From: Lentimicrobiaceae bacterium
GTDB lineage: Bacteria > Bacteroidota > Bacteroidia > Bacteroidales > JAGONC01
Length of the DNA: 64,000 nucleotides
NCBI GenBank assembly: GCA_017993235.1
Contig: JAGONC010000014.1
Coordinates: 7,149-71,148, forward strand
Direction: 5' to 3'
Shown: piece by piece, positions 28,980-43,215 of the stretch
How positions within the stretch are numbered: position 1 is the stretch's first letter
Layout: the number at the start of each line of letters is the position of its first letter
Position numbers and translations under genes: made by a program
The notes under the pieces: model-generated
The model's input: only the letters and a program-made list of their open reading frames with translations
Database searches by the model: none
Told to the model about the DNA's origin: nothing

Positions 28980-30623
28980 TCAGCTGTAAAGAAACCGTTT
29001 GATCTTCTGGGTGGCTGTTTTCTGGAAAGGTTGGGGATAGGATATGACCGACTGCAACCGGGAAAATTTATTGACCCGTGCATTGACATAGGCACGAAGC
29101 TCTTTGCTGAGTTCCTCTTTTTGCTTTTCGACGTAATTTTTAACCCCTTCTTTCAGATTCTGATACTTTTTCTCCAGCTCTTCCTGGTTGAAATGAACCA
29201 GGGCGACAAGTTTTCCTTTTTTCTCAACGACCAGGGATTCAACAACAAAATGAAAGTTATTGATCACCGATTCGATCTCCTCCGGATAAATATTTTCCCC
29301 TCCCGGCATGACGATCACATTTTTTGTCCGGCCTTTTATGTAAAGATAACGGTTTTTATCGAAAACACCCAGATCTCCGGTTCTGAACCAGCCGTCAGGA
29401 GTGATTACCTGCCGGGTCATCTCGGGCTCTTTATAGTATCCTTTCATGACATTGGGCCCTTTTGCCCAGATCTCACCTTCTCCCGTAACCGGATGGGGAT
29501 CATGGATCTTCAGTTCCACTCCTTCAATCGCAGGTCCTGTTGACTCCAGACGGATATTCCTGGGATTAGCCCCTGCCAGAAGGGGTGATGTTTCCGTAAG
29601 ACCATACCCGATCGCATAGGGAAACCTGGCTTCAATCAGGAACTTCTCCACTGTTGGATCCAGCTTGGCGCCGCCGATACCATAAAATTTCATATGCCCG
29701 CCGAAGGTCTTTTTAAGCTTTTTCCCAGCGATCCGGTGCAGTCTTTTACGGAAGAATGGAATACCGTAAATATACCTGATCAGCTTTTTTGAAGTAAAGG
29801 AGGGAACGATACTGTTACGGTAGATCTTTTCGATGATCAGCGGGACGGTAAGCATCATGGTGGGTTTTACCTTTTGCAGGGCAGGAAGAAGCACCGGGGG
29901 GGAAGGAGGCTTATCAAGATAGTAGATGCATGCCCCACAGATCATCGGCAGGATGAAACCAATCGTATTTTCATAGGTATGGGAGAGGGGCAGCACGGAA
30001 AGAAACCGGTCTTTTTCATCAACATACTGAACTTTCTTGCCCTTCTCGGCTGTAAAACAAATGTTCCCGTGGGTTAGCATCACACCCTTTGATTTTCCTG
30101 TTGTCCCTGATGTGTAGATCAGTGCAGCCAGGTCATTCTCCTCGACGGTAAAGGTTCCTGTGGGCCTTGCCGAAGGATCAAATTGAACAGGAGTGCCATT
30201 CTCACGACATACCCTGAAATCTTCCAGGCAGCATTGAAATTCGAGCTGTGCGGTTCTGATCTCTTTCAACTTAGCCATCAGGCCTTTTGAAACAAAAATG
30301 GCTCTGGAACCTGAATGGTTCACAATGTTCTCGATCTCATCGGCATGAAAATCCGGAAGCAGGGGCACAGCAACCGCCCCCATGAAGGTAATGGCAAGGT
30401 AGACGGCACCCCAGTTGGGCATGTTGGAGCCCAGGATTGCAACCTTATCGCCGGGATGGATCCCGAGCTTCTCCAGAAAGGCAATCAGTGCCAGGATCTG
30501 ATCGTTGAGTTCAGCATACGTGATGGGGGTCTGTCCTGCAAATGCAAGTGCATTTTCATCAGGATGGCGTCTGACCGTTTCCGCAAAGAGGGAGGGAAGG
30601 GTTAAGGGTTGCTTTATTTCCAT
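28980..30623 (-). CDS. Long-chain fatty acid-CoA ligase (AMP-forming)
   Basis: AMP-binding motif YTSGTTGKSKGVMLTH, GYGLTETS, FRTGDLG. 547 aa. Confidence 0.85.
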   Translation of the reverse strand: MEIKQPLTLPSLFAETVRRHPDENALAFAGQTPITYAELNDQILALIAFLEKLGIHPGDKVAILGSNMPNWGAVYLAITFMGAVAVPLLPDFHADEIENIVNHSGSRAIFVSKGLMAKLKEIRTAQLEFQCCLEDFRVCRENGTPVQFDPSARPTGTFTVEENDLAALIYTSGTTGKSKGVMLTHGNICFTAEKGKKVQYVDEKDRFLSVLPLSHTYENTIGFILPMICGACIYYLDKPPSPPVLLPALQKVKPTMMLTVPLIIEKIYRNSIVPSFTSKKLIRYIYGIPFFRKRLHRIAGKKLKKTFGGHMKFYGIGGAKLDPTVEKFLIEARFPYAIGYGLTETSPLLAGANPRNIRLESTGPAIEGVELKIHDPHPVTGEGEIWAKGPNVMKGYYKEPEMTRQVITPDGWFRTGDLGVFDKNRYLYIKGRTKNVIVMPGGENIYPEEIESVINNFHFVVESLVVEKKGKLVALVHFNQEELEKKYQNLKEGVKNYVEKQKEELSKELRAYVNARVNKFSRLQSVISYPQPFQKTATQKIKRFLYS

Positions 30624-30707
30624 TCAGGGTGGTTACGGGCTGACAAAGATAAAAATAACACTCACCTGTTGGTCATGAAAGCGAAATATTTAATGAAAAA
30701 TATAGGA

Positions 30708-34562
<3,855 letters not shown>

Positions 34563-34579
<17 letters not shown>

Positions 34580-36842
34580 TGGATTTTTTGTTAATGGATG
34601 CTTCTTTTTTTCTGTTTACCAGGATCAGAATGACCGGTAAAAGGGTCATGGCGCCCTGGCTTGATCCTACCATACTGATGGCCATTAGCAAACCAAAATG
34701 CTGAAGCGGAACAAAATTGGAAAAGATTAAAACCAGGAATCCCGCGGCAACGGATAATACATTGATCACAATGGCTTTCCCGCTGATCATGATGGTGTCA
34801 AGCAAGGCCTGCCTGATATCCTTGTGCTGCTTTTTGGCATGATTGAAATAAGAGATCACGTGAATGGAGTAGCCAATCCCATCCCCGACCGCTACAGCCG
34901 CAACCAGGACGGTGGCAATGTTCAGGGAGATACCCGTAAATCCCATGATCCCAAACAACAGTAACGTGGCGGCAATGATGGGTATACTTGCAAAAAGCCC
35001 ATTCTGGAATGATTTCAATATCAGGCTCAGGATGAGAATAACAAACAAAACGACAACCGTTACGCTTTTAAACTGACCATTGATCAGGCTTCTGTCCAAT
35101 GTCACATCCACAAAAGGCATCCCTGTTATCTGAATATTGCATTCCGGTGTTGAATTAGCGCTGATGAATTGCCTCATTTTTTCACCGAACTCTTTCTTAT
35201 CCTTTATATCCGGGGATGTGAACCTTGATATGATGATCCCTTTATCCAGTTCGTCGGTCACAAATTGCCGAAGGAGCTCATTGCCCTCGAGCATAAACCA
35301 TAACTGCTCAATCTGGCCATGATCGTCAGGTATTGAACGGCCATTGCCCAGTGCGTAATTCAACTGGGCGATCAGATCGGCAATCGACTGCGTTGAATTC
35401 ACATAAGGGCTTTCTTTCATGAATTCTTCCGTCCGAATCATGGTCTTCAGGACTTCAGGACTCTGCATATCCCCCTCGAAATGTACAAAGATCGGTTTAG
35501 AGCCGCCGAAATGCTTTGCCATAATTTCCTCGGCCTGCCGAGTGGGATCGTTTTTCTTAAAATAGTCTTTGATATCAACGCTTCTTTCGATGAAAAAGAT
35601 TCCGACCAGGCTGATCAATAACAGAACGCCCCAGCTTGCCAGGGTGTATTTGGGATGTTTGAACAATAAGGCATGAAGAGGTGCCAGGTAATGATCCGAT
35701 AGATAAGATTTTCTGATTCTGTCATCTAGTGCATAGGTGGTTTTCACAGTGGAAGGCAACATGGAAATGATGGCGGGAACAAAGAAGATCGTAAGTAAAA
35801 AGGCGAAGAAAGTACCCAGTGCAGTGAAAATACCAAAATCCCGGATCATGTTGAGGTATGTGCCGAAAACGAATGACAGGAATCCGATCGCAGTGGTCAG
35901 GGCCACAAGAAACACAGGCTGGATGATGTATTGCAGGCCTTTGAGCGTGGCTTTTTTCCAGTTTTTTTCCCTTTCCTGATTGATCTTATTCATCACATGG
36001 ATCGTGTATGCAGTACACACTGCCAGTAATATAATGGGAATATCGCTGGATATCATCGACATCTCGAATCCGGTCAGTGCCATCAGGCCAATGGTCCAGA
36101 CAATCGCGATGATGGTAGTCAGCAGGGGAAAGATGACTCCTCTGGCTGAACGGAAACCCAGAAAGAGAACCAGAACGATGAGCACAAAGGCAATCGGGAT
36201 CAATCGCTTCAGATCGGCGATCATTACATCGGAAATGTGGGTTGCTATTATGGGTGATCCGCTGAAATACACCTTTTCAGGCAGATTCATTGCTTTCGTC
36301 TTTTGTATGATCTCCCGGGCAACTGTTTTAACATCCGATCCTTCGGCCAGTGTAAAGATGATCACGGTGGAGGTCCCATCTTCCGAGATCATCGTCCCCG
36401 TGTACGTTCCCTTTTCATAAACCCTGTTTCGTAAATCTTCAAGTTCTGAAGGTGTGTCAGGCAGATCATAGGGATCCACCAGCTTACCGATCTGGAGGCC
36501 TTCCTCTCCCCCACTGATTTCTGTCACGTTGGTCAGGCTCATTGCGGAGGCAACACCCGGTGTCATGGTCAGGGTGTCGGTGATCATCCTGACATGCTCC
36601 AGAACATCCATGGTGAAGACATCCTCCGTTTCGATAATGACCATCCCCATGTTATTCACCGTAAATTCCTCGCTGATCTGTTTTAACAGAACAGCATCCG
36701 GATCGGTATCCGGTAAGGAACTGATCACATCCGGATTAAGGCGGAGGTCTTTGATCTGCAAACCAAGAAAAAGAGTAAGTACGACAACGGTGATGATGGT
36801 CACCCATCTGTACTTGATAATATTTCGGGCTAGTCTGTCCAT
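34563..36842 (-). CDS. MMPL/RND-superfamily exporter
   Basis: Two 6-TM bundles separated by large periplasmic loops, which is the MMPL architecture. The track start TTG 36881 lies inside the promoter box. An ATG at 36842 (MDRLARNIIKYRWVTII...) is preferred. Confidence 0.8.
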
Positions 36843-36878
36843 TAAATCATGCAATTCAGTTACAATTAAAAAGGTTGG

Positions 36879-36886
36879 CAAAATTA
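36879..36886 (-). promoter_or_regulatory. Candidate -7 promoter box TAATTTTG (minus strand)
   Basis: The plus strand reads CAAAATTA. It lies 36 nt upstream of the ATG at 36842. Confidence 0.4.
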
Positions 36887-37086
36887 CACTATCTTTTTAT
36901 CTTTTTGGTTTTAAATTTTATAAATCTGCATGAAATTCCCAGCACTGCTTTAAGAAGGCGAGGGCTCTCGCTAATTTGATGCCATTCTTTCAATCGGGAA
37001 GTAAAAAATCCAATGGTTGTATACCTGAGCGGGTGACTCAGGCAATTACAAAAGAGAAATCAAGTGTCATGGATATTGAAACTAAA

Positions 37087-37488
37087 TCAGTATCTGGGTA
37101 TTGCACCCCAGAAATTCTGATAGGTGTCCGCATCTTCTCCAAACGTCTCGACCGATCCTCCGGAAATTTTATACGTACACTGCTCTCCATAAATTTCAGA
37201 GAAGTAGATGGAGCACTCCACACCATCTTCATCGATCATCAGTATCCTGACCAGTGAGTCACTGATGGTATGATCGGTCAGGTTGGCATGGCAGAGAGGG
37301 CAAAGAATGTCAAGGTGCTCTCCTCTGGTCAGGTAAAATGTCCGGTGTTTGATAATGTCGTAGGCTCCCAGTTTGGGATTGAATAAGATCACTCCCCGTG
37401 TGCCATCCTTTTTCCTTGCGGACAGGATGATCTTGGTGTTGGGTTTGAGGTATCCCTTGCAATAGGGACAGATAAATTCAGGTTTCAT
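37087..37488 (-). CDS. Small zinc-ribbon protein (hypothetical)
   Basis: Two CxxC pairs (CPYCKG ... CPLCHA) 55 aa apart. 133 aa. No recognisable family. Confidence 0.5.
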   Translation of the reverse strand: MKPEFICPYCKGYLKPNTKIILSARKKDGTRGVILFNPKLGAYDIIKHRTFYLTRGEHLDILCPLCHANLTDHTISDSLVRILMIDEDGVECSIYFSEIYGEQCTYKISGGSVETFGEDADTYQNFWGAIPRY

Positions 37489-37552
37489 ACGAAATGGATA
37501 ATTTCAGCAAAGATAAGGATAAAAATGGTGTATGAGTGATCCCAGCGAGTGA

Positions 37553-38311
37553 TTATGAGAGAAGAGGCATATCCGGTAGACTGGACATGATCTTCTTCAT
37601 AAGGCTAATCCTTCCGGGTGATGCCATGTCGTAGGTATGAATGGAGTGTCCGGGATCACCCATAAAGATCCCTTCCCGCTGAAACAGCATATCGCTTTTT
37701 CTTCGTGTCCTGAGCGAGGCATGATACTCCCTGGCTCGCGTGAGCCTGCAGAGTTCAAGGATATTGTTTTCATTGATACCCGAACCAGGCATTATGATGA
37801 TCCGGTTGCCGGCCAGTTTCACAAGCGTCGCCAGGATTGCAGCTCCTTGGGGTGCCGATGGGGCCAGGCCCGATGTAAGGATACGGTCAATCCCTGTGTC
37901 GATGACCTCTTCAAGGGCCGCAAAGGGATCAACGGTCAGGTCGAAAGCCCGGTGAAAAGTAACCTGCATCGGGCGGCTGATAGCGACCAATTCGGAAGTG
38001 CGCTCGCGATCAATGGTTCCGTCGAGATTCAACATACCCAGCACAACCCCATCCACGCCCAGCTCCCTGACCGACAGGATATCCTTTTTCATGATTTCGA
38101 ATTCCATTTCTGAATAATGGAAATCCCCTCCCCTGGGCCGGATCATCACAAAAAGGTCAACCTGCAGACATTCTCTGGCTTTTGCAATGCTACCCATACC
38201 GGGTGTGGTTCCCCCCTCATGGAAATTCTCACATAACTCGATCCTGTCTGCACCTCCTTCCTGTGCCAGAAGGGCAGATGTTACTGAATTGACAGTGATT
38301 TCAAGCTTCAT
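37553..38311 (-). CDS. cutC: Copper homeostasis protein CutC
   Basis: MKLEITVNSVTSALLAQEGGADRIELC... and a TIM-barrel CutC pattern over its full length (252 aa). Confidence 0.88.
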   Translation of the reverse strand: MKLEITVNSVTSALLAQEGGADRIELCENFHEGGTTPGMGSIAKARECLQVDLFVMIRPRGGDFHYSEMEFEIMKKDILSVRELGVDGVVLGMLNLDGTIDRERTSELVAISRPMQVTFHRAFDLTVDPFAALEEVIDTGIDRILTSGLAPSAPQGAAILATLVKLAGNRIIIMPGSGINENNILELCRLTRAREYHASLRTRRKSDMLFQREGIFMGDPGHSIHTYDMASPGRISLMKKIMSSLPDMPLLS

Positions 38312-38506
38312 TCCTTTATTCTATTGGAAATCATTCCAAAAATACACAAAATGCCAGGAAATCCACGCCAAATCCTTTCATAGCCAAATAATCCGGCTAT
38401 TCCGGCGTTATTAGGTAAACCAGAAGCTCTCACGGCCTCCTCATATCGCATACATAAAACCTTCCATCTGCAATTATTCCTGATCTTCATCAGGATTTTC
38501 GGTGGG

Positions 38507-39958
38507 ATGACGGCCCTTTCCGCTCAGGAGATGCTGGGTATCGTCAACAGCAATTATGCTGGTGTGCTTGGTTCCCAGATCAATCCCAGCTCCCCTGTCA
38601 ACGCAAAGCTGTTCCATGATTTCCATATCCTGTCGCTGGATATCTTTCTTCAGAACAACTATCTCTTCATCCCAAAGGAGGACTATCGTTTCCTGAAGTA
38701 CATCACTCCCGGCTCTGATCTCCCCACCTACGGGCAGGATGATTTGTTGTTTGCCCGCCGTCCCGACTCGGATCATAAACGCAAACAGATCGATCAGTCA
38801 TTCCGCATCAACGGACCCTCCTTCATGCTGGCGCAAGACGAGCATGCCTTCTCCTTCTTTACCTCGATCCGGTCGACGACGATGGCCTGGAGATTGCCCT
38901 GGCATATGGCCAATTTCATTTACGAGGACCTCTGGTACGCACCCCAGCATGATGTTGAGTATGACGGGGAAGGCTTTAGCTCGGTTCATCTGACCTGGGC
39001 AGAGGTTGGTATCGGCTATGCACGTATTCTTAATAGAGACTCGAGAGACCGATGGACAGTCGGGATCACCCTTAGCCGGACTTTAGGATATGCCGGAGCT
39101 TACCTCTACGGGCACCGTATAGCCTATCTTGTCAGGGATGAAAGCGACACTGCTGATGTCAATTTAACGGCCAACATCCACAATTTCGATGGTCACATTG
39201 GATTCTCATTGCCAATGGATTATGACAACAATGACTTTTCAAGCCCGGGTGGATTGTTCAGGGGAGGAGGCTATTCTGTAAGCCTGGGCGTCACTTACCT
39301 GAAATTAAGGAAAAATCCTTCAAAATCAAAATATAAGTACCGGTGCGAGCAGCCGTATGAAGATTACCATTACCGTCTGGGCATCTCGGTGATCGACATC
39401 GGATGGGTCACCTTCCGGGAAAATGCACAGAAGCATCTTTTCGACGACGTACATCATTACTGGGAATATATCAACAATGCCGAATTCAATAACCTCAATT
39501 CCTTCATGCGTGACCTCAGCAGAAGATTTTATGCCGGTGATTCGACCCGCTCACTGGTCGGCGATCAGATAACCGTCTATCTGCCCACAGCCATCAGCGC
39601 ACAGCTGGATTATCATTTTAAAAAGAAATGGTACGTTAATTCTACGATCATCATACCGGTCATGTACAGCATCGCTCAGGTATACCGCCCGCCACAGGTG
39701 GTTGTGACTGGCCGGTACGAAACAAATGCACTGGAGGTCTCTCTCCCCGTATCACTCTATTATTTCACCACACCCAGGGTAGGATTATCCGCCCGGTTCA
39801 GAAGTTTTACCCTTGGGACAGACCATCTTGGAGGATTTTTTCATTTCTCGGATTTCACAGGAATAAACTTCTACGCGGCCATCAAGATCAATTTCAGCAG
39901 GGAGCTATGCCTGCGTTTGAATAAAAAAAATCCCTGCGGATCGTTAGGATTTGATTGA
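38507..39958 (+). CDS. Hypothetical secreted or outer-membrane protein; annotated start probably not the native one
   Basis: 483-aa ORF with a beta-rich, aromatic-rich composition. The frame stays open upstream and encodes a signal-peptide-like HKTFHLQLFLIFIRIFGGMTALSAQ with no ATG/GTG/TTG at its head (ATA at 38450). Confidence 0.55.
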   Translation: MTALSAQEMLGIVNSNYAGVLGSQINPSSPVNAKLFHDFHILSLDIFLQNNYLFIPKEDYRFLKYITPGSDLPTYGQDDLLFARRPDSDHKRKQIDQSFRINGPSFMLAQDEHAFSFFTSIRSTTMAWRLPWHMANFIYEDLWYAPQHDVEYDGEGFSSVHLTWAEVGIGYARILNRDSRDRWTVGITLSRTLGYAGAYLYGHRIAYLVRDESDTADVNLTANIHNFDGHIGFSLPMDYDNNDFSSPGGLFRGGGYSVSLGVTYLKLRKNPSKSKYKYRCEQPYEDYHYRLGISVIDIGWVTFRENAQKHLFDDVHHYWEYINNAEFNNLNSFMRDLSRRFYAGDSTRSLVGDQITVYLPTAISAQLDYHFKKKWYVNSTIIIPVMYSIAQVYRPPQVVVTGRYETNALEVSLPVSLYYFTTPRVGLSARFRSFTLGTDHLGGFFHFSDFTGINFYAAIKINFSRELCLRLNKKNPCGSLGFD

Positions 39959-39976
39959 AACCAGAGGCGACCTCTG

Positions 39977-41785
39977 TCATGGCGCTATTTTCCTGCTGCG
40001 TTTTCGTTCGGTCTCATCCAGGATGATCTTGCGTAACCGGATGGATTTGGGCGTTACTTCAACATATTCATCTTCGTTAATATATTCCATAGCCTCTTCC
40101 AGGGTGAATTTCGTTGCCGGGATGATGATGGCTTTATCATCAGCGCCTGAAGCCCGCATATTGGTAAGCTTCTTCGTTTTGACAACATTGACAACAATAT
40201 CTTCATATCGGGTATTTTCACCAATCACCTGCCCGGCATAGACTTCGTCATTGTGCTCAATGAAAAACCGGCCCCTGTCCTGGAGCTTATCGATGGAATA
40301 GGCCACAGCCGTTCCGGTTTCCATGGCGATCAGTGATCCGTTGCGACGGGTCAGCAGTTCTCCCTTCCAGGGCTCAAAGGCCTTGAACCGGTGAGCGATC
40401 ACAGCTTCACCTTCGGTGGCGGTAAGGATGGGATTGGTCAGTCCGATCAGTCCCCGTGCGGGAATGGAGAATTCAAGCACAACGCGGTCCTTCCTCATAT
40501 CGATATGATCGATCTCTCCTTTTCTCCGTGTGACGATGTCGATCACTTTTCCTGAAAAGGGTTCGGGTACCAGAACGGTCAGGGCTTCGATGGGTTCATA
40601 CCTCTGTCCGTTGATCTCCCGGACGACCACATGGGGCTGACCCAGCTGAAACTCATATCCCTCCCGCCGCATGGTCTCCACCAATATCGACAGATGAAGG
40701 ATCCCTCTCCCGTAAACGATCAGTTTTTCGGGAGAATCCGTCTCCTGGACCCTTAAGGCCAGATTCTTCTCAGTCTCCAGGAAGAGGCGCTCGCGCAGAT
40801 GTCGGGAGGTCACATAGATACCTTCCCGCCCGAAAAAAGGAGAAGTATTGATCGTAAAGAGCATACTCATGGTCGGCTCATCCACGTTGATCCTTACGAG
40901 CGCTTCCGGATTTTCAGGATCAGCGATGGTATCACCTATATCAAAATTGTCGAGGCCAAAGACCGCACAGATCTCACCTGCCCCGACTTCATACTTGACC
41001 TTCTCCTTGCCCAGTCCCTCAAAAAGATAGAGCTCTTTAATGACTGATTTATAGACCTTTCCATCATTTTTAACCAGCGAAACGGTCATTCCGGCCTTCA
41101 TCACACCACGGGATATACGGCCAACCGCAATGCGTCCCTGGTAAGAGGAATAATCGAGCGAACTGATCTGCATCTGCAATGTACCCTCTACCGGGGAAGG
41201 CGGGGGGATGTGCTCAAGAATGATATCCAGCAAATAACTTACATCCTGGGTTGGTTTCAGCCAGTCATCCGACATCCAGCCCTGTTTGGAGGAGCCATAT
41301 ACCGTCGGGAAGCTCAACTGTTCTTCGGTTGCATCCAAATTGTACATCAGCTCAAAAACGGCTTCATGCACTTCATCAGGCGAACAGTTGGGTTTGTCCA
41401 CCTTATTGATGACCACAACCGGTTTCAGTCCCAGCTGCAGGGCTTTCTGCAAAACAAACCGGGTCTGGGGCATGGGGCCTTCAAACGCATCCACTACCAG
41501 TAAAACCCCGTCTGCCATATTCAGCACCCGTTCCACTTCCCCCCCGAAATCAGCATGTCCAGGTGTGTCTATAATATTGATCTTCACCCCCTTATACCTT
41601 ACGGACACATTTTTTGACAGGATGGTGATTCCCCGTTCCCGCTCCAGTTCATTCGAATCCAGGATCAGATCCCTGACCTCCTGATTATCCCTGAAAAGCT
41701 TCACCTGGTGCAGGATCCTATCCACCAGCGTGGTCTTTCCATGATCCACATGTGCAATGATCGCAATATTCCTAATGTTGAGCAT
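39977..41785 (-). CDS. typA: Translational GTPase TypA/BipA
   Basis: MLNIRNIAIIAHVDHGKTTLVD..., DTPGHADFGGEV, NKVD. The ATG at 41785 removes the 23-nt overlap produced by the longer track ORF (41815). Confidence 0.93.
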   Translation of the reverse strand: MLNIRNIAIIAHVDHGKTTLVDRILHQVKLFRDNQEVRDLILDSNELERERGITILSKNVSVRYKGVKINIIDTPGHADFGGEVERVLNMADGVLLVVDAFEGPMPQTRFVLQKALQLGLKPVVVINKVDKPNCSPDEVHEAVFELMYNLDATEEQLSFPTVYGSSKQGWMSDDWLKPTQDVSYLLDIILEHIPPPSPVEGTLQMQISSLDYSSYQGRIAVGRISRGVMKAGMTVSLVKNDGKVYKSVIKELYLFEGLGKEKVKYEVGAGEICAVFGLDNFDIGDTIADPENPEALVRINVDEPTMSMLFTINTSPFFGREGIYVTSRHLRERLFLETEKNLALRVQETDSPEKLIVYGRGILHLSILVETMRREGYEFQLGQPHVVVREINGQRYEPIEALTVLVPEPFSGKVIDIVTRRKGEIDHIDMRKDRVVLEFSIPARGLIGLTNPILTATEGEAVIAHRFKAFEPWKGELLTRRNGSLIAMETGTAVAYSIDKLQDRGRFFIEHNDEVYAGQVIGENTRYEDIVVNVVKTKKLTNMRASGADDKAIIIPATKFTLEEAMEYINEDEYVEVTPKSIRLRKIILDETERKRSRKIAP

Positions 41786-41792
41786 ACTCCTT

Positions 41793-43121
41793 TTATTTCT
41801 CCTCTCTCCTCTCAATCTCCACGTCCATCCATTTCTCCAGAAGTGTAAAAGCTTTTTCCTGCAGATCCGCAGGAAGGGTTCCGATCCTTGATGAATGCGC
41901 TCCCTGGGGTTTGTAGATCACCACGACCTCGTTTTTCCCCGAAGGTTGCACAGCAGGCGCTGCCCATGGGTCATACTGTCCATAGATGAAAAGCATGCGT
42001 TGGGCATCATGACGTATAAAATGATCCACTTTTTCCATGGGGACAGGGTCATATCTTACCTCAGTGCCTTCCGGTGCCGTAAAAGAGAACGTAATATCCT
42101 CCGTCGAACTGACCAATCCCCTGAACGGATCCACATCGTAGCCATAGAAACCAATCTCGGTCATTGCCTGATAATAGAACGGAAGGTATTGATTTATCCC
42201 TTCATCTGAAAGCCAGTCGATGCCTGCCACGACATCCAGGTGTTTCACCATCTCATCAGGGGATTTGGCAGGAACCGGGATGGAGTCGCACGACCACCGT
42301 CCCCACTGCCAGAAAGCAAAGGCATACTCCATGATGGTCATCTCATACGACTTTTCCATACCCACCTTTTGGTAGGTAAATTTTTTTTCTTCGGCCTTTT
42401 TTTGATAGACAGGATAATATATGGCCTTATTTTTCAGCATTTCCACCTGATACTGGTAAATCCGGTCGCGGCACTCCTGGCTGCCCACCTTTTGCATAAA
42501 GTCGTAGATACGGGCATCCTGGATGGAGAAGTTCAGCGGGCATACATAGCCTACCGAAGCGTCCACGTCATCGGGATAAAAGTACCGGTGATACATGGTC
42601 GTCTGCCCTCCCTTGCTGATACCGGTGTTCAGCCATCGGGCGGAGTAGAGTCCCTTGAACAGCTCCACCACGCGGTGGTGATCGGCTGCAGCCTGCTCAA
42701 TGTCAAGGTACTGCCAGTCAAGCGGATCAGGTACCGATTCTCCGAAATAACGGTGTTCTACCACGATCTGGTTGGCATCCAGGTACCCGGTCAGCTCATT
42801 GATCGACCGGGGGTAAATGGAATACCCGGCCCCGTATCCTTCGGTTACAAAAACCATCGGTCGCGAGAAATCCCTGTGGAAAAGGAATACACGCTGTGAG
42901 AATGTGGCTCCGTCGGGATGGTGATGATCCACCGGCTGGGTAATCTTCAGGACATAGGCTTTGCTGAAGTGCGGATGATGGGCGATGGTGTCGAAACTGA
43001 CATCAGGCCGGTTCTTTAAAAATGACTCGAGCAGGGCGATCTGGGGATCGGTGGATTGGGAATAGGCTCCAGTCCACGATAACATAACACAGATCAATAG
43101 AAATGATTTCTTCATAAGCAC
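41793..43121 (-). CDS. Secreted alpha/beta-hydrolase serine peptidase, S28/S37-like
   Basis: Signal peptide. QPVDHHHPDGATFSQRVF is the typical N-terminal motif of S28/S37 peptidases. Nucleophile elbow GISKGG. Confidence 0.65.
   Translation of the reverse strand: MLMKKSFLLICVMLSWTGAYSQSTDPQIALLESFLKNRPDVSFDTIAHHPHFSKAYVLKITQPVDHHHPDGATFSQRVFLFHRDFSRPMVFVTEGYGAGYSIYPRSINELTGYLDANQIVVEHRYFGESVPDPLDWQYLDIEQAAADHHRVVELFKGLYSARWLNTGISKGGQTTMYHRYFYPDDVDASVGYVCPLNFSIQDARIYDFMQKVGSQECRDRIYQYQVEMLKNKAIYYPVYQKKAEEKKFTYQKVGMEKSYEMTIMEYAFAFWQWGRWSCDSIPVPAKSPDEMVKHLDVVAGIDWLSDEGINQYLPFYYQAMTEIGFYGYDVDPFRGLVSSTEDITFSFTAPEGTEVRYDPVPMEKVDHFIRHDAQRMLFIYGQYDPWAAPAVQPSGKNEVVVIYKPQGAHSSRIGTLPADLQEKAFTLLEKWMDVEIERREEK
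41796..41816. repeat. CT-rich heptamer array (TTTCTCC TCTCTCC TCTCAAT) at the 3' end of the peptidase ORF
   Basis: Encodes the tail ...EIERREEK* on the minus strand. Same word family as 54449-54476. Confidence 0.6.
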
Positions 43122-43153
43122 TTAATTTATTGAATATTCAACAGAGGAGTGTT

Positions 43154-43192
43154 GATTTTTGATTTCTGAATTCAAGTCAGAAATCAAAAATC
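43154..43192 (-). terminator. Perfect 16-bp inverted repeat, candidate terminator of the GRE operon
   Basis: GATTTTTGATTTCTGA-attcaag-TCAGAAATCAAAAATC, 24 nt downstream of the stop at 43216. Confidence 0.55.
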
Positions 43193-43215
43193 CTTGTTCC
43201 TCTGTTCGTCAATCT

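Noticed and set aside
36976-37257. 93-aa + strand ORF overlapping the zinc-ribbon gene
   Set aside because: The minus-strand ORF (37087-37488) has paired CxxC motifs and protein-like composition. The + ORF has neither and begins in a promoter-like AT-rich spacer.
38308-38490. 60-aa minus-strand ORF between cutC and the 483-aa gene
   Set aside because: It overlaps the cutC start and the divergent promoter region, and has no motifs.
41786-41815. N-terminal extensions given by longest-ORF starts: TypA 41815, EamA 45284, MMPL TTG 36881, DPP-IV TTG 57226, SSS TTG 23792, GH TTG 26481, 2291 TTG, 53872 TTG
   Set aside because: In each case an internal ATG gives the family-typical N-terminus or signal peptide. 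It also removes an overlap or places the start downstream of a TAnnTTTG promoter box.
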